From: a virus
UHGV virus genome: UHGV-0145886
DNA length: 64,000 nt
Strand: one strand, 5' to 3'
The notes under the pieces were generated by a model that was not told where the DNA came from, did not search any database, and saw nothing but the letters and a program-made list of their open reading frames with translations. Below are positions 37,399 through 47,458 of the stretch, piece after piece; the first letter of the stretch is position 1; every line of letters starts with the position of its first letter. Position numbers and translations under genes: made by a program.

Positions 37399-39258
37399 TT
37401 ATTCTCGTATCATAGAGAAGTCTACGTTTTTAAATATAAAATCCGTTCGTGGCTCTACATCTTTACCCATCAGATTGTACAAGAGGTCGCGCGCGTCTGG
37501 TGAGGTTTGGAACATATCAAATCGCTGATTTTTAGCTGTAAACATTGAATTGTATGCTTGCTCCGGAGTTAATGAACCAATACCTTTATTTCTTTGAATA
37601 ACTCCTGATATATGTCCGCGCGCAGCATCCATTTCTTCATCTGTAAAATAATAATTTTCGGTTTTTCCATTTTTAACAATGTAGAGAGGCGAACGTAACC
37701 ATCCGAGTCTTCCCTCTTCAATGAACTGTGGAGCCAGATACTGCAGCGCTGCCATCAAAAGTAGTCCAATATGATAACCATCTGAGTCAGAATCGGTACA
37801 AACACCAACACGTCCATATCTCAGTTTGCGACTATCATAGTGTCCCGGTACAATATTTAACGCGCTCAAGAGAAGTTTAATCTCTTCATTTTGGTAGATT
37901 TTCTCTTCATCATTAGACAATGCATTAATAATTTTACCACGTATACACATGATACCATAAGTCTTTTCATCACGCGCGACTCCTACTGAAGCCATAGCAG
38001 AATTACCTTCAACAATTAAAAGAGTTGCATCTTGTCCAAGAAACTCTGCATCCTTGAGCTTATCACTTGCAATATATTTTTTCTTTTGAGACTTTTCGAC
38101 TTCTTTTTGAGCTTCAAGAACTTGCTTTCGCGCACGCTCAGCCGCAAGTTCAGCTTTCTGCTCTTTTGCAAGTAGGTCAAGAACTCGTTGAAATTCATCT
38201 GCGTGCTGTTGTTCAAAGCTTTCAAGCATTTGAGTAGTTGCGCGCTGACACAAACCCCTTAATTCGATATTATTGACTTTGGTCTTTGTCTGATTCGCAA
38301 ATGAGGGATTCGGAACTTGGCAACTTATAGCATATAAAAGTCCCTTTCGAAGAACCTCGGGAGGCGCTTCACCTTTAAGCTTCTTCTTAAAGAAATTTGT
38401 AAGAGCAGTTTTTACGCCAGTTAAACTTGTACCGCCCTCAACATTTTCAAGTCCATTTGTAAAGACATAAGAGGTTTCTGAACGACTATCAGTCCACTCC
38501 ATAGCTATTTCTGCGGTTATATCGCCCTCTTTTAAACAAATGCTTAGAGGAGTCTTATTCAATGCCTTTCCGCCTTTTGCTTTCATTAAATCTACAAGAC
38601 CATTTTTGGAATAATAAGTAACTTTTTCTCCTGTTGCTTTATCTTCAAGTTCGAAAGTTAAACCTTTGCAAAGATAAGACCAATCTTCGCACATCTTTTT
38701 TATATCTTTAAAATTAATATTAATTGGCTCGAGGTTGTAAACTTCCTGTGAGGGAGTAAATTGAACAAAAGTACCTGACCATGCGGTCTTTTGATCAATT
38801 ACTGTTAAATCTTGCTTAACACCATTCACAAGTATCAAAGTAGCTATTTTCCCGTCACGCTGACTCCGCACAAAGAAGTAATCTGATGAAAGGGCGACAC
38901 CTTTAGCTCCAATTCCGTTCATTCCCGCCACATTCTGGTAAGTTTTATCATTAAACTTACCACCGCTATGCGGCATCGTATAGATGGCTTCGAGTGCATC
39001 AGTACCGTCTTCACGTAACCCAAAAGGAACTCCACGACCAAAATCTTGTACAGTAACCGTATTGTCTTTATCAAGAGTTACGCGTATTCGATCACCATAA
39101 CCCATCGTATATTCATCAATAGAATTTGTTATTATTTCACGCACACACTGGAGAACACCTTGATTATCCGCGCTACCCATGTACATAGACACTCTTGAAC
39201 GTATAGCGTCTCGGAAGGATAAAGTTTGGATACTGTCAGCATTATAGTCTTGGCTCAT
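37399..39258 (-). CDS. gyrB: Type IIA topoisomerase subunit B (GyrB/ParE-like)
   Basis: EIITNSIDE, DFGRGVP, HSGGKF, GMNGIG, VEGNSA, RGKI, TDSDSDGYHI, KGIG. Confidence 0.92.
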   Translation of the reverse strand: MSQDYNADSIQTLSFRDAIRSRVSMYMGSADNQGVLQCVREIITNSIDEYTMGYGDRIRVTLDKDNTVTVQDFGRGVPFGLREDGTDALEAIYTMPHSGGKFNDKTYQNVAGMNGIGAKGVALSSDYFFVRSQRDGKIATLILVNGVKQDLTVIDQKTAWSGTFVQFTPSQEVYNLEPININFKDIKKMCEDWSYLCKGLTFELEDKATGEKVTYYSKNGLVDLMKAKGGKALNKTPLSICLKEGDITAEIAMEWTDSRSETSYVFTNGLENVEGGTSLTGVKTALTNFFKKKLKGEAPPEVLRKGLLYAISCQVPNPSFANQTKTKVNNIELRGLCQRATTQMLESFEQQHADEFQRVLDLLAKEQKAELAAERARKQVLEAQKEVEKSQKKKYIASDKLKDAEFLGQDATLLIVEGNSAMASVGVARDEKTYGIMCIRGKIINALSNDEEKIYQNEEIKLLLSALNIVPGHYDSRKLRYGRVGVCTDSDSDGYHIGLLLMAALQYLAPQFIEEGRLGWLRSPLYIVKNGKTENYYFTDEEMDAARGHISGVIQRNKGIGSLTPEQAYNSMFTAKNQRFDMFQTSPDARDLLYNLMGKDVEPRTDFIFKNVDFSMIRE

Positions 39259-39279
39259 ATTTTTACCACATCTCCTTAC

Positions 39280-39585
39280 TTATATTTCGTCTTCGTCCTC
39301 TTCTTCCAGCTCGTACCAGCCATCCCATCCGTTGCCCGCAGGTCGCCAATACTCACCATCGAAGATATACCCTTGGACATAGGTATTAAATTTTTTTGTA
39401 ACGACTATTATATTCTCATCTAAAACTGTCACATTCTCCTTGCCCCACATTGAAATAGCAGCTTTTGTGTCTTTTTCTGAGTGATAATACCACCTCTCCT
39501 TTTCAATAGAAGTGCTAAATATACTTCCAATTGGATAGACTCGCTGTAATTCCTCCAAGGTTTCAAACTCAGTTTTCTTTATCAC
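39280..39585 (-). CDS. Hypothetical protein
   Basis: GTG start after AGGAG RBS and a promoter. Confidence 0.55.
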   Translation of the reverse strand: MIKKTEFETLEELQRVYPIGSIFSTSIEKERWYYHSEKDTKAAISMWGKENVTVLDENIIVVTKKFNTYVQGYIFDGEYWRPAGNGWDGWYELEEEDEDEI

Positions 39586-39675
39586 TTGTTTTCTCCTTTC
39601 TATATTTCTAATAATATTATAAAAAAAATCAGAGGAAAAATCAACTTTTCCTCTGATCATTTATTTATTTTAAGA

Positions 39676-40107
39676 TTATGCGGCTACTTCCTCGAAGTAA
39701 CTTCCCACAAGTTGAGAAGGAGTATAATATAAGATTGTGCCTTGACCATTGTCGTCGTCTCTTATGCACTTATAAATCTTATCTCCCTCTTTGTAGTATT
39801 TATCTTTATAATATCTCATGCCTACTTCTGCAGTAATAGGATTGTTAAGAGTACCTTCTTCTTCAGGCTTTGCAACCACTTCCCAATGCGCGGTTGTTAC
39901 ATCGGGTGTCCAATTAGGTACGCCGCCAGTAACTGCATTGTAACATTTATAAAGCTTGCCCTTATACCTGCACCTGTCACCTACATTGTATGCAGTTGGT
40001 TCCCATGCAGGAAAGAGTTCAATACTCTCAAGTGCCTGTTCATCCGGAAGCAAGGCCGCCGCGGACTCTATTTTTTTTCTAAATGCCAATGCTTCTGCTC
40101 TTGTCAT
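39676..40107 (-). CDS. Carbohydrate-binding (CBM5/12-like) tail accessory protein
   Basis: FPAW...Y.VGDR.RY.GKLYKC...WTPD...W; GTL.NPI. Confidence 0.8.
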   Translation of the reverse strand: MTRAEALAFRKKIESAAALLPDEQALESIELFPAWEPTAYNVGDRCRYKGKLYKCYNAVTGGVPNWTPDVTTAHWEVVAKPEEEGTLNNPITAEVGMRYYKDKYYKEGDKIYKCIRDDDNGQGTILYYTPSQLVGSYFEEVAA

Positions 40108-40397
40108 ATGGCTTCACCACCAGTTATTATTAATAAAGCTTCGTCAGTAGTAATTTCATCATCGGTGACGACTCGATAATTTTTTGTAATTGTGGAATCT
40201 TGTTCTGTCCAATAAACTTCAACATACTGATTTGATTCCAGCGTTGGGTATTCTACTTCCACAATAGGTTTATAGCCAAGCGTCAATATTTTTTCAGCGG
40301 GTGGGTTCGTAATTATTTCCCCATTTTCTTCATACCAACCGGAGAAAAGCACAGGATTGGTGTTTTCATCAATAAACTTATAATAATTTATAATCAA
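40104..40397 (-). CDS. Tail fibre assembly/chaperone-like protein
   Basis: ITNPP...LGYKPIV...P; C-terminal TTDEALLIITGG. Confidence 0.6.
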   Translation of the reverse strand: MIINYYKFIDENTNPVLFSGWYEENGEIITNPPAEKILTLGYKPIVEVEYPTLESNQYVEVYWTEQDSTITKNYRVVTDDEITTDEALLIITGGEAI

Positions 40398-41028
40398 GAT
40401 TTAAACGCCCCTTATTATAAAAAGTTTGTTTCGAGACTCTATCATATAGACAAGGCGTAGAGGAAGCATCTAAACAAGGTTGAAAGTCTCGTACAAGGGT
40501 CTGACCATCCCATATTTTCATCCAGTAAATTCTTTTAGTACCGTCATCACCCTTGTGAACCTTAGTTCTGGTACTGGAGGATGTTCCGAATATAAAAATA
40601 TCTCTATGAGAAGTAAATCTGCTAGAAGAATAGGTCTTCTCTATAACTCCATTTATTATACATTGTTTATTCGTAGTCTTACTGTGGAATTTTAGTGCAT
40701 GGTCGGTTGGATTTTGAAAAGGTTCTCGCCCTGATCCAATCGTCCAACACCAGTTATTAGATGACTTCGTATTATAGGAGAGTAGACCAAAAGAATAGAT
40801 ATTAATAGAGTTCTCACCTTGGTAGAAAATTACATAATTATCAGTAATGGTACTACGGTCGACATACCATTCTCCTTCAACAGTAAGGTTAGAAGATGCT
40901 TTAATACCTGTATCGAACCACTGTTTTTCAGATGTTGACTCTAAGTATTCTACAGCCATATAATTTTTAGGAAGTCCATAATCAATCTCGCCCATCATGG
41001 CTTTACGCTTTTCCTCAAGACAGTTCAT
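40378..41028 (-). CDS. Lectin/ConA-like receptor-binding domain protein
   Basis: VEYLEST..QWFDTG...IYWMKIWD...VRDFQPC...LYDRVSK.FY.N. Confidence 0.7.
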   Translation of the reverse strand: MNCLEEKRKAMMGEIDYGLPKNYMAVEYLESTSEKQWFDTGIKASSNLTVEGEWYVDRSTITDNYVIFYQGENSINIYSFGLLSYNTKSSNNWCWTIGSGREPFQNPTDHALKFHSKTTNKQCIINGVIEKTYSSSRFTSHRDIFIFGTSSSTRTKVHKGDDGTKRIYWMKIWDGQTLVRDFQPCLDASSTPCLYDRVSKQTFYNKGRLNLDYKLL

Positions 41029-41759
41029 ACCCAAACGCCCCTTACTACTGCATTATAGCCAAAATAGTCTCTCCAAAAGACAATATTATAATACTTGCCT
41101 GCAACTGGTACAAATTGACCATTTTTTATATCAAAACCACTCCAAATTATGCCCGTTGGATAGGTAATTGCCGTCGCCGTTGAACCAGACTTAAAAGAAA
41201 GAGAAGAACGATAAAAAGGAGTGCCTAATGAGAGTCCGCCGGGGAAAGAAATTGTGAGAGAAGCCACTTCATCTCGTAGAAAATCAGTATTATTGGTTAA
41301 TTCAATGGTTGTGTTATCTTCTTCATTTATGGTAACTTTTTCTTCAATATCTTTTTCATTATACCTAACAAAACTCGTAGATTTACTAAAGAGATCTAAT
41401 ACGTCTTTGTTTGAGTGCGTATGTGCCTTCTCATTTAGTGTAGTATATTGGGTATTAAGAGTATTAATATCTTGCGTAAATGCTTCCTGATTCGATGCGA
41501 GCGTAGAAATATCCGTCGTGTTCTTTTTGACCTTCGCGTCCATCGAACTAACGGTGCTGCTAAGAGTGTCGATATCAGTCTCAGCTTGAGTTTTCGAACC
41601 AACCAACGCATCAAGCGCGCCTTGTGCATTTGTAACACCTTCCAAGTTTGCATTTGTGTAGCTTACCTCGGAGGCAGTTGTTGCGCCGCCTCCTTTTAGA
41701 GTAAAAGCTACGCCATTGTAAGTTACTGATTCAACGGTTTTACTTGTATCAAGGCTCAT
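41025..41759 (-). CDS. Tail fibre-type coiled-coil protein
   Basis: VSY.N....NAQGALD.L; coiled coil; HTHSNKDVLD; ITYP.GI.W..P.AGKYY.I.F. Confidence 0.65.
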   Translation of the reverse strand: MSLDTSKTVESVTYNGVAFTLKGGGATTASEVSYTNANLEGVTNAQGALDALVGSKTQAETDIDTLSSTVSSMDAKVKKNTTDISTLASNQEAFTQDINTLNTQYTTLNEKAHTHSNKDVLDLFSKSTSFVRYNEKDIEEKVTINEEDNTTIELTNNTDFLRDEVASLTISFPGGLSLGTPFYRSSLSFKSGSTATAITYPTGIIWSGFDIKNGQFVPVAGKYYNIVFWRDYFGYNAVVRGVWV

Positions 41760-41962
41760 TCATCAACACCCCCGACAATAATTCGAAGTGCATCACTATC
41801 AGTACACTCCATTATCTCATCCGTCTCTATATAAGTATAGCCAGAAGTTGGAAGGTCTACTGCTTCACAATAAGTTTCTTCTGTACCAACTTTTTTTATC
41901 ATTTTGTTCTCGTCACTATATGTGCGAACAAGACCGTTTGAAAGTGTCTCAGTTTTTATCAT
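41756..41962 (-). CDS. Small tail accessory protein
   Basis: LVRTYSD...Y.EAVD...YTY.ETD. Confidence 0.65.
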   Translation of the reverse strand: MIKTETLSNGLVRTYSDENKMIKKVGTEETYCEAVDLPTSGYTYIETDEIMECTDSDALRIIVGGVDE

Positions 41963-41963
41963 A

Positions 41964-42845
41964 TTAGCTTCCCTCCAATTCTGAAATAGGTTTAATCTGG
42001 TTGGCAAAAGTTACCCAGTTGGTTGCGATTTTATAAGAGTCTACAAGATTATCGGGAACATAAATATAGCCGGTGCCAGCGGCGATTTTTGTACTATCGA
42101 AAGCATTAATATTTTTAAGAACACAAACATTTGAGTTTCTTAAAATTAAGGTATCTAACTGTCGAGCGTAAATAAAAGCACTACTTTCAATATTATTAAC
42201 AGATAAGAAATCTATTTTTTGAATAACAGTATCTCTAAAAGTAAAAGACATTATAGTTGTAACCAACGGTAAACTTACTTGAGATAATTTACTACATCCC
42301 CAAAAAGCGCTACCAAGTGCACCAGTTCCAAGAGTATGACATGAAGGCAATGACACAGCTTCTAAGTTGCTACAGCCATAGAAGGAGCTACCACCTGCGA
42401 CTTGACAATGAGGAAGGCTTATGGCTTTAAGTTTGGTACATCCATGAAAGCTCTTATAGCTAATATTTATGACATTTGGAAGATTAATGTCTGTTATTTC
42501 AGTGCAATTTGCAAAAGCATATTCACCAATTTGTGTAACTCTATCATTCGTATAAGCCCCGCTAATCTCTCTTGTTATTAAGCTATCAAGCTCATTGGCA
42601 TTTGATCCGCTTGCATCCGTAATTACCAGCTCAGAATTTCCATCATCGAGCAAATTCTGTACTATATTATAGGCTCCTTTCTGTCCAATAAGCGCCAGTA
42701 TTGCTTCTACTAACTCGTTTATTGACATATTCTCAGTAGCCAAATCAGTGTTATCCTTTAAATAATCCGCAAGTGCCTTTTTAGCATTTGTTATTCTCGC
42801 TATTTGCTGACCTATCTTTGAATCTGCTGGCGCAATTGTAGCCAT
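41964..42845 (-). CDS. BspA-type leucine-rich repeat (LRR_5) protein
   Basis: I...AF.GC..L..VSLP repeats; IYVPDNLVDSYK.ATNW cap. Confidence 0.88.
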   Translation of the reverse strand: MATIAPADSKIGQQIARITNAKKALADYLKDNTDLATENMSINELVEAILALIGQKGAYNIVQNLLDDGNSELVITDASGSNANELDSLITREISGAYTNDRVTQIGEYAFANCTEITDINLPNVINISYKSFHGCTKLKAISLPHCQVAGGSSFYGCSNLEAVSLPSCHTLGTGALGSAFWGCSKLSQVSLPLVTTIMSFTFRDTVIQKIDFLSVNNIESSAFIYARQLDTLILRNSNVCVLKNINAFDSTKIAAGTGYIYVPDNLVDSYKIATNWVTFANQIKPISELEGS

Positions 42846-42872
42846 TATCCTTTAACCTCCTGAGTTTCGACT

Positions 42873-44360
42873 TTATATGGCCGCAAGAGCCATTTCAATA
42901 TCATCAGTAAGTGATATGGTACCGCCAGAAGTCTTGCCCGCAGGAATTGTATAAGAAGTAGTAGTCAAACCATCAATTGTTGCAGTAATAGCACCATTAT
43001 CAGCCATAGTACCAGTAATAACAGTGCCTTCGGCATCCACTATCTTCTTACCGACAAGAACATCAGCGGCTGTTGCGGTAACCCCAGTAATATCCTGATA
43101 GTCAGCAGGGATGGCTGCAACCGTAACCTTATCAAGGACCTTACCCTTGGTGGGAGTGATTGTCTGCGCGGTCTTAGTGGGGGTAGCAGTCTTCTGCTCA
43201 AGAACAATAGTAACCGCACCTTCACCACTGTGGTGGCCTGCTGCAATTATAAATGACTGGTTATCAGCAGTAGCATCAAGAGTCTTAGTAACGGTACCAT
43301 TGTCTGTCATAGTACCGTCAATAACAGTACCATCTGTGCCAACAATCTTCTTACCAACAAGGACATCCCCTGCGGCAGCAGTTACGCCAGTAACATCTTG
43401 ATAAGCAGGAGGAATAGCGGCAACGGTTATCTTATCAATGACCTTGCCCTTAGTAGCAGAAATAATTTGCTCCGCCTTTGTGGGTGTAGCTGTTTTAGAT
43501 TCAAGTACAACTGAAACAGCGCCCTTACCACTATGATAGCCAACAGGTACGGTATAAGTTTGATTGCCAGTAGAAGTATCCAAAACCTTTGCTACTGCAC
43601 CATTGTCGGTCATTGTACCTTCAATAACAGCACCGTCAGTACCTACGATATTCTTACCGGTAAGTACATCTGCTGCTGTTGCAGTAACACCGGTAACATC
43701 CTGATATGCAGCGGGTATTGCAGCAACAGTAACTTTGCTGAGAACTTTGCCTGCGGTAGGAGTAATATCCTGTGCTTTCTTTGTAGGAGTCGCTGCTTTC
43801 TCTTCAAGAGTTATCGAAACAGCGCCCTTACCATTGTGTATGCCTGCAGGTACGGTGTAGGATTGATTATCTGCAGTCGCGTCAAGTGTCTTTGTAACTG
43901 CGCCGTTGTCTGCAAGAGTACCTGCTGCAGTAGAACCATCTGCCTTAATAAAGACCTTGTTCGCGCGGACATCTCCTTCCACAACTGTAACAGCACTGAC
44001 GTCCTGATAGTTTTCAGGTATAGCTTCAACCGTTACGGAAGAAAGACCATAGTTACCTGCATCAGGAACTACTGACTGCTGTTCTTTAGTAGGAGTAATT
44101 TTCTTTGTTTGAAGGGTGTAATTACCACCACCCGCAACACCTTTAACAGTACCACTACCATTGTGATAACCTGCGGGTATTGTATATGTTTCACCTTCCT
44201 TGACGTTTGCATCGACTGCGCCTTGATTCTTAATCGCCGCAGCCTTTGTAGCCAAATCATCAAGTTTATCTGTGCTTGTAGCAATTCCCAGACCAACTTC
44301 CCATGTTCTTATCTTATTTCTCGCTTCTTGTAGTCTGGTAATTTCAGTTTGTGTGCTCAT
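42873..44360 (-). CDS. Repetitive tail fibre/adhesin protein
   Basis: Roughly 100-aa unit (TM.DNG...YT.PAG.H.G.G.V...TPTK..Q...GKVL.KVTV.AIP..YQDVTGVTA) repeated about 4 times. Confidence 0.8.
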   Translation of the reverse strand: MSTQTEITRLQEARNKIRTWEVGLGIATSTDKLDDLATKAAAIKNQGAVDANVKEGETYTIPAGYHNGSGTVKGVAGGGNYTLQTKKITPTKEQQSVVPDAGNYGLSSVTVEAIPENYQDVSAVTVVEGDVRANKVFIKADGSTAAGTLADNGAVTKTLDATADNQSYTVPAGIHNGKGAVSITLEEKAATPTKKAQDITPTAGKVLSKVTVAAIPAAYQDVTGVTATAADVLTGKNIVGTDGAVIEGTMTDNGAVAKVLDTSTGNQTYTVPVGYHSGKGAVSVVLESKTATPTKAEQIISATKGKVIDKITVAAIPPAYQDVTGVTAAAGDVLVGKKIVGTDGTVIDGTMTDNGTVTKTLDATADNQSFIIAAGHHSGEGAVTIVLEQKTATPTKTAQTITPTKGKVLDKVTVAAIPADYQDITGVTATAADVLVGKKIVDAEGTVITGTMADNGAITATIDGLTTTSYTIPAGKTSGGTISLTDDIEMALAAI

Positions 44361-44372
44361 TAATTAGCCTCC

Positions 44373-44846
44373 TTAAATTGTCGCCAAAAGTGCGTTTATA
44401 TTGCCAATTTCTGTAAAAACTGCTGCAGAAGTAATTGGCTTGGTATTATCTTTATCTACTGAAGTAGCGGCATCAACAGAAAGTCGATTGCCTTCAAGTT
44501 TAAGTCCATCTCCGATTGTATAACTGGTGCCCCCGCTACTGAGGTCTTTTCCATCATAGGTAAGCTTACCGTCTACATCATCAAGTTTGTTAAGTACATC
44601 CTGATTGGTATGAGTGTGCGCCTTTTTAGTGAGTTCTTGAATTGTACTATCAATTCCACTAAAATTTTCCTCACTTGTTAGCTTGGATGCTACAAGGTCA
44701 TCAAGCGCAGCCTTAACATTAACTACATCCGCTAAATGTTCGTTGGAATAGCTAACTCCATCTGCAGATGATGCTCCACCACTGCCACCACTATGTTTAT
44801 CGGTGTACGTCTTAGCGAGTGCAAGAGTTACGACATCTAAACTCAA
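44373..44846 (-). CDS. Tail fibre-type protein
   Basis: DVVTLALAK.YT; HTHTNQDVL; YTIGDGLK...DNTKPITSAAV..EIGNI. Confidence 0.7.
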   Translation of the reverse strand: MSLDVVTLALAKTYTDKHSGGSGGASSADGVSYSNEHLADVVNVKAALDDLVASKLTSEENFSGIDSTIQELTKKAHTHTNQDVLNKLDDVDGKLTYDGKDLSSGGTSYTIGDGLKLEGNRLSVDAATSVDKDNTKPITSAAVFTEIGNINALLATI

Positions 44847-44872
44847 TTCTCTTCACCCCTTTTTAAATAGCA

Positions 44873-44968
44873 TCATATCTGACCGAGTATTTTGGATAAA
44901 AATACCAATATGGCTTTACCGTAAAGTCCGATCAGATTTAATAAATTGAATAAAACTGCTTCTAACAT
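44873..44968 (-). CDS. Small hydrophobic peptide (31 aa)
   Basis: Not in the track; GGAGG RBS; MLEAVLFNLLNLIGLYGKAILVFLSKILGQI. Confidence 0.45.
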   Translation of the reverse strand: MLEAVLFNLLNLIGLYGKAILVFLSKILGQI

Positions 44969-45011
44969 TTACCATCCCTCCATTATTACTAAAAAACTGG
45001 AGCTTTTCTTT

Positions 45012-45203
45012 TCACATTTCGTACCATTTTCCGTCATTTCCCATGATAAAAATTTGCTTTGTGGAAATAACGTAAACTTTATCACCAAAGGCAATATTCT
45101 CATTTTGAGTCAGTGCTGTCTTGTCGGCTTCTTTCATACAATACCATAGTCGATCCTGCACGTTCGCTCGCGCCCACGATTGGGCAAGGACATAACCATC
45201 CAT
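45012..45203 (-). CDS. Small structural accessory protein
   Basis: GDKVYVIST...MGNDGKWYEM; first gene after a late-type motif. Confidence 0.65.
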   Translation of the reverse strand: MDGYVLAQSWARANVQDRLWYCMKEADKTALTQNENIAFGDKVYVISTKQIFIMGNDGKWYEM

Positions 45204-45281
45204 CTTCTTTCCTCCTGCTTAATAATAAATAAGAGAAGTACCTTCTCTACATTTAAGTGGTAAAAGGACTTCTCTTATTTG

Positions 45282-46328
45282 TTATTCCCAGTCTACATAT
45301 TTTTTCTTCTTCTTCGGCTTCGGTGTTGTCCAAAGCAAAAAATCCATCGCACGAGTCGCAGCAACGTATTGTATTCGTTTTTCCTCGGGGTTCCAGTTCT
45401 TTGCGCCAATTACAACTACATACTTAGCTTCAAGTCCTTTTGAGGTATGAATAGTTAGAATCTTAACCGTATCTTGCGCCATTTTCTTTGCAAATTCTTC
45501 TTCTGATATTTTCGCGCGCTTAAAGGTATCACAGGGTATCCCACGCATTGTAAGATAGGTCAAAATACTGTCTAATTCTGCATTTGTACGAGTTAACACA
45601 AACCAGTCTTTATAATGTCCTCGTTTAAGAATGAGGTCAGCGATAACCTCTGGATCATATTCAGCTCTTGCTACTATTCCCTCGGTATCTCTCATTGGAA
45701 AAGAATCGTCACAATACTCGTCTCCTGCTTTACGAATTAACCCCTTTGCATAGGTGAGTATTTTTGATGCGTTTCGATAATTCTCATTTAGATGGTAAGT
45801 AGTAACACCCGGCGCGTCGGACAAGCCTATAAGCAAGTCTGGACGCGCGGAATTAAACTCATAAATACACTGTCGGAAGTCTCCAACTAAAAAGAAGTTC
45901 TTCGGTTTTATCATATCAAGCAGAAACTCAAACTGTATCTCACTTGAATCCTGTGCTTCATCAAGAAGTAGATGTTTAACAGGTGAAATAACTACAGGAT
46001 TCTTTTGTATAAGATTAAAGAGTCCATCAAAATTCTCTTTTGCTATATATGAGTTTGTATTAATTCCATGGGAGGTTAATATCTTGTTTGCATAGGAATG
46101 AACCGTACCAATGAAAACCGAGGTATTGCCAAGTCTCTTTCTCATTTCCTCTGCCGCGGCGTTGGTAAAAGTGATAACCACAATCTGCGCGGGGTCCTCC
46201 CCTTTCTCAAGAAGATAACGCACTCGCTCAGTTAGAACACGAGTCTTTCCAGAAGCAGCACATGATATTACTACCACCTTATCATGAGATGTCTCGACAA
46301 TTTCTTTTTGCATTTTACTAAGTTCCAA
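45282..46328 (-). CDS. UvrD/Rep-like SF1 helicase
   Basis: AASGKT, ITFTNAAA.EM, DEAQD, GDFRQCIY, NYRN, RTN, TIH.SKGLE, YVAATRA. Confidence 0.92.
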   Translation of the reverse strand: MELSKMQKEIVETSHDKVVVISCAASGKTRVLTERVRYLLEKGEDPAQIVVITFTNAAAEEMRKRLGNTSVFIGTVHSYANKILTSHGINTNSYIAKENFDGLFNLIQKNPVVISPVKHLLLDEAQDSSEIQFEFLLDMIKPKNFFLVGDFRQCIYEFNSARPDLLIGLSDAPGVTTYHLNENYRNASKILTYAKGLIRKAGDEYCDDSFPMRDTEGIVARAEYDPEVIADLILKRGHYKDWFVLTRTNAELDSILTYLTMRGIPCDTFKRAKISEEEFAKKMAQDTVKILTIHTSKGLEAKYVVVIGAKNWNPEEKRIQYVAATRAMDFLLWTTPKPKKKKKYVDWE

Positions 46329-46334
46329 ACTTAA

Positions 46335-47375
46335 TTAGCCTCCCTTTTTCAAATTATAACCATAAACATTCGATTCATACAAGTCTATATAAAATTTCTC
46401 TCGTTCGGAAAGTTTATCTTTATCTACTTGTTCCAAAACTGTAAAAGTAAAATCGCCCCAATTACCGTATAAAGCTTCATGTATCTTTTGTTTTGAAACA
46501 GTACCAATATTTAAAGATGTTTTGATATGCTCCGCCCAGCGTTTTGAAATCTCGGCAGAAGTTTTACCTACATATTTCTTATGCGACTTTTGATTCTCTA
46601 TACAATAGATTACACTGCGCGGGACACTATTACCAAAAAGTGTATTGATCATATCATTAAACGGTTTTTGAAGAAAAGCCGACCATATCAATTTATAAAT
46701 AACGGTTTTTTGATTGAAAGTACGGCTTAGCTCAAGAAGTCGATCAATATCTTCTTTTTCAGAAGAAGAAAGTTGTAGCATATGACTGGCTTTCTCGTTT
46801 TCCAAAAGTTCTTCTTGACGTCTCTGCTCATTTATTGCTTCACATTGCGCGCGATAATCTTCGATTGTGTTCTGGAAAGAACCAATAATCTCTAATGCTT
46901 CTGTCCGTGCAAACTCTGCATCTGCTTTGTGCATTTCAGCAACCATATCATAAGCTTCTGTCAAATCTTTTAGATTTTCTATATAGGTATCTGAACGACT
47001 TTTGTGTTTTTGTTTTTCTTTCTCCCACAGATAGTTGCCATAACTTGACACTTCCTGTTGGATAAGTTCTTTTTCGCGTTCTGCCTCGGATTGTCTTAGG
47101 TCTCGCGCGCATTGTAAAGCAACTTGTTCTTTTGCTTGTTCATTTTGAAGTCGTAATAGTTCAGTTTTATTAATATTTAACTGGTCTTGCAAGTTTGCAA
47201 GCTCAAGTTTAGCTTCGGCACAGTCTTCTTTAACTTTCTTTAAAGATTCAACCTTTTCATTAACCCGTTTTTCTTTTTTCTTCTTACGAATCCTTACTAA
47301 GTCTATTATAAAGATTCTCAAAGATATTCCAGCTAATATACATAAAATAATTAAAATAAAACTATATTTATCCAT
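46335..47375 (-). CDS. Membrane-anchored coiled-coil protein with C-terminal GIY-YIG nuclease domain
   Basis: N-terminal TM helix, coiled coil, VIYCIEN...YVGKT...RW.EH...EREKFYI...GYN. Confidence 0.8.
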   Translation of the reverse strand: MDKYSFILIILCILAGISLRIFIIDLVRIRKKKKEKRVNEKVESLKKVKEDCAEAKLELANLQDQLNINKTELLRLQNEQAKEQVALQCARDLRQSEAEREKELIQQEVSSYGNYLWEKEKQKHKSRSDTYIENLKDLTEAYDMVAEMHKADAEFARTEALEIIGSFQNTIEDYRAQCEAINEQRRQEELLENEKASHMLQLSSSEKEDIDRLLELSRTFNQKTVIYKLIWSAFLQKPFNDMINTLFGNSVPRSVIYCIENQKSHKKYVGKTSAEISKRWAEHIKTSLNIGTVSKQKIHEALYGNWGDFTFTVLEQVDKDKLSEREKFYIDLYESNVYGYNLKKGG

Positions 47376-47458
47376 TGCTATTCTCCTTTTTTCTCTTATA
47401 ATAATTATAAAAGAAAAAGGAAAAGAAGTCAAATTTCCACCTGACTTCTTTTCCTTTC

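Noticed and set aside
17469..39258. Inteins in NrdD, DnaE, DnaB or the topoisomerase subunits
   Set aside because: Lengths are normal and no C...HN/(C,S,T) splice-junction blocks were seen.
42873..44360. ~300-bp direct repeats as a non-coding repeat element
   Set aside because: They are fully explained by in-frame protein domain repeats of the fibre gene.
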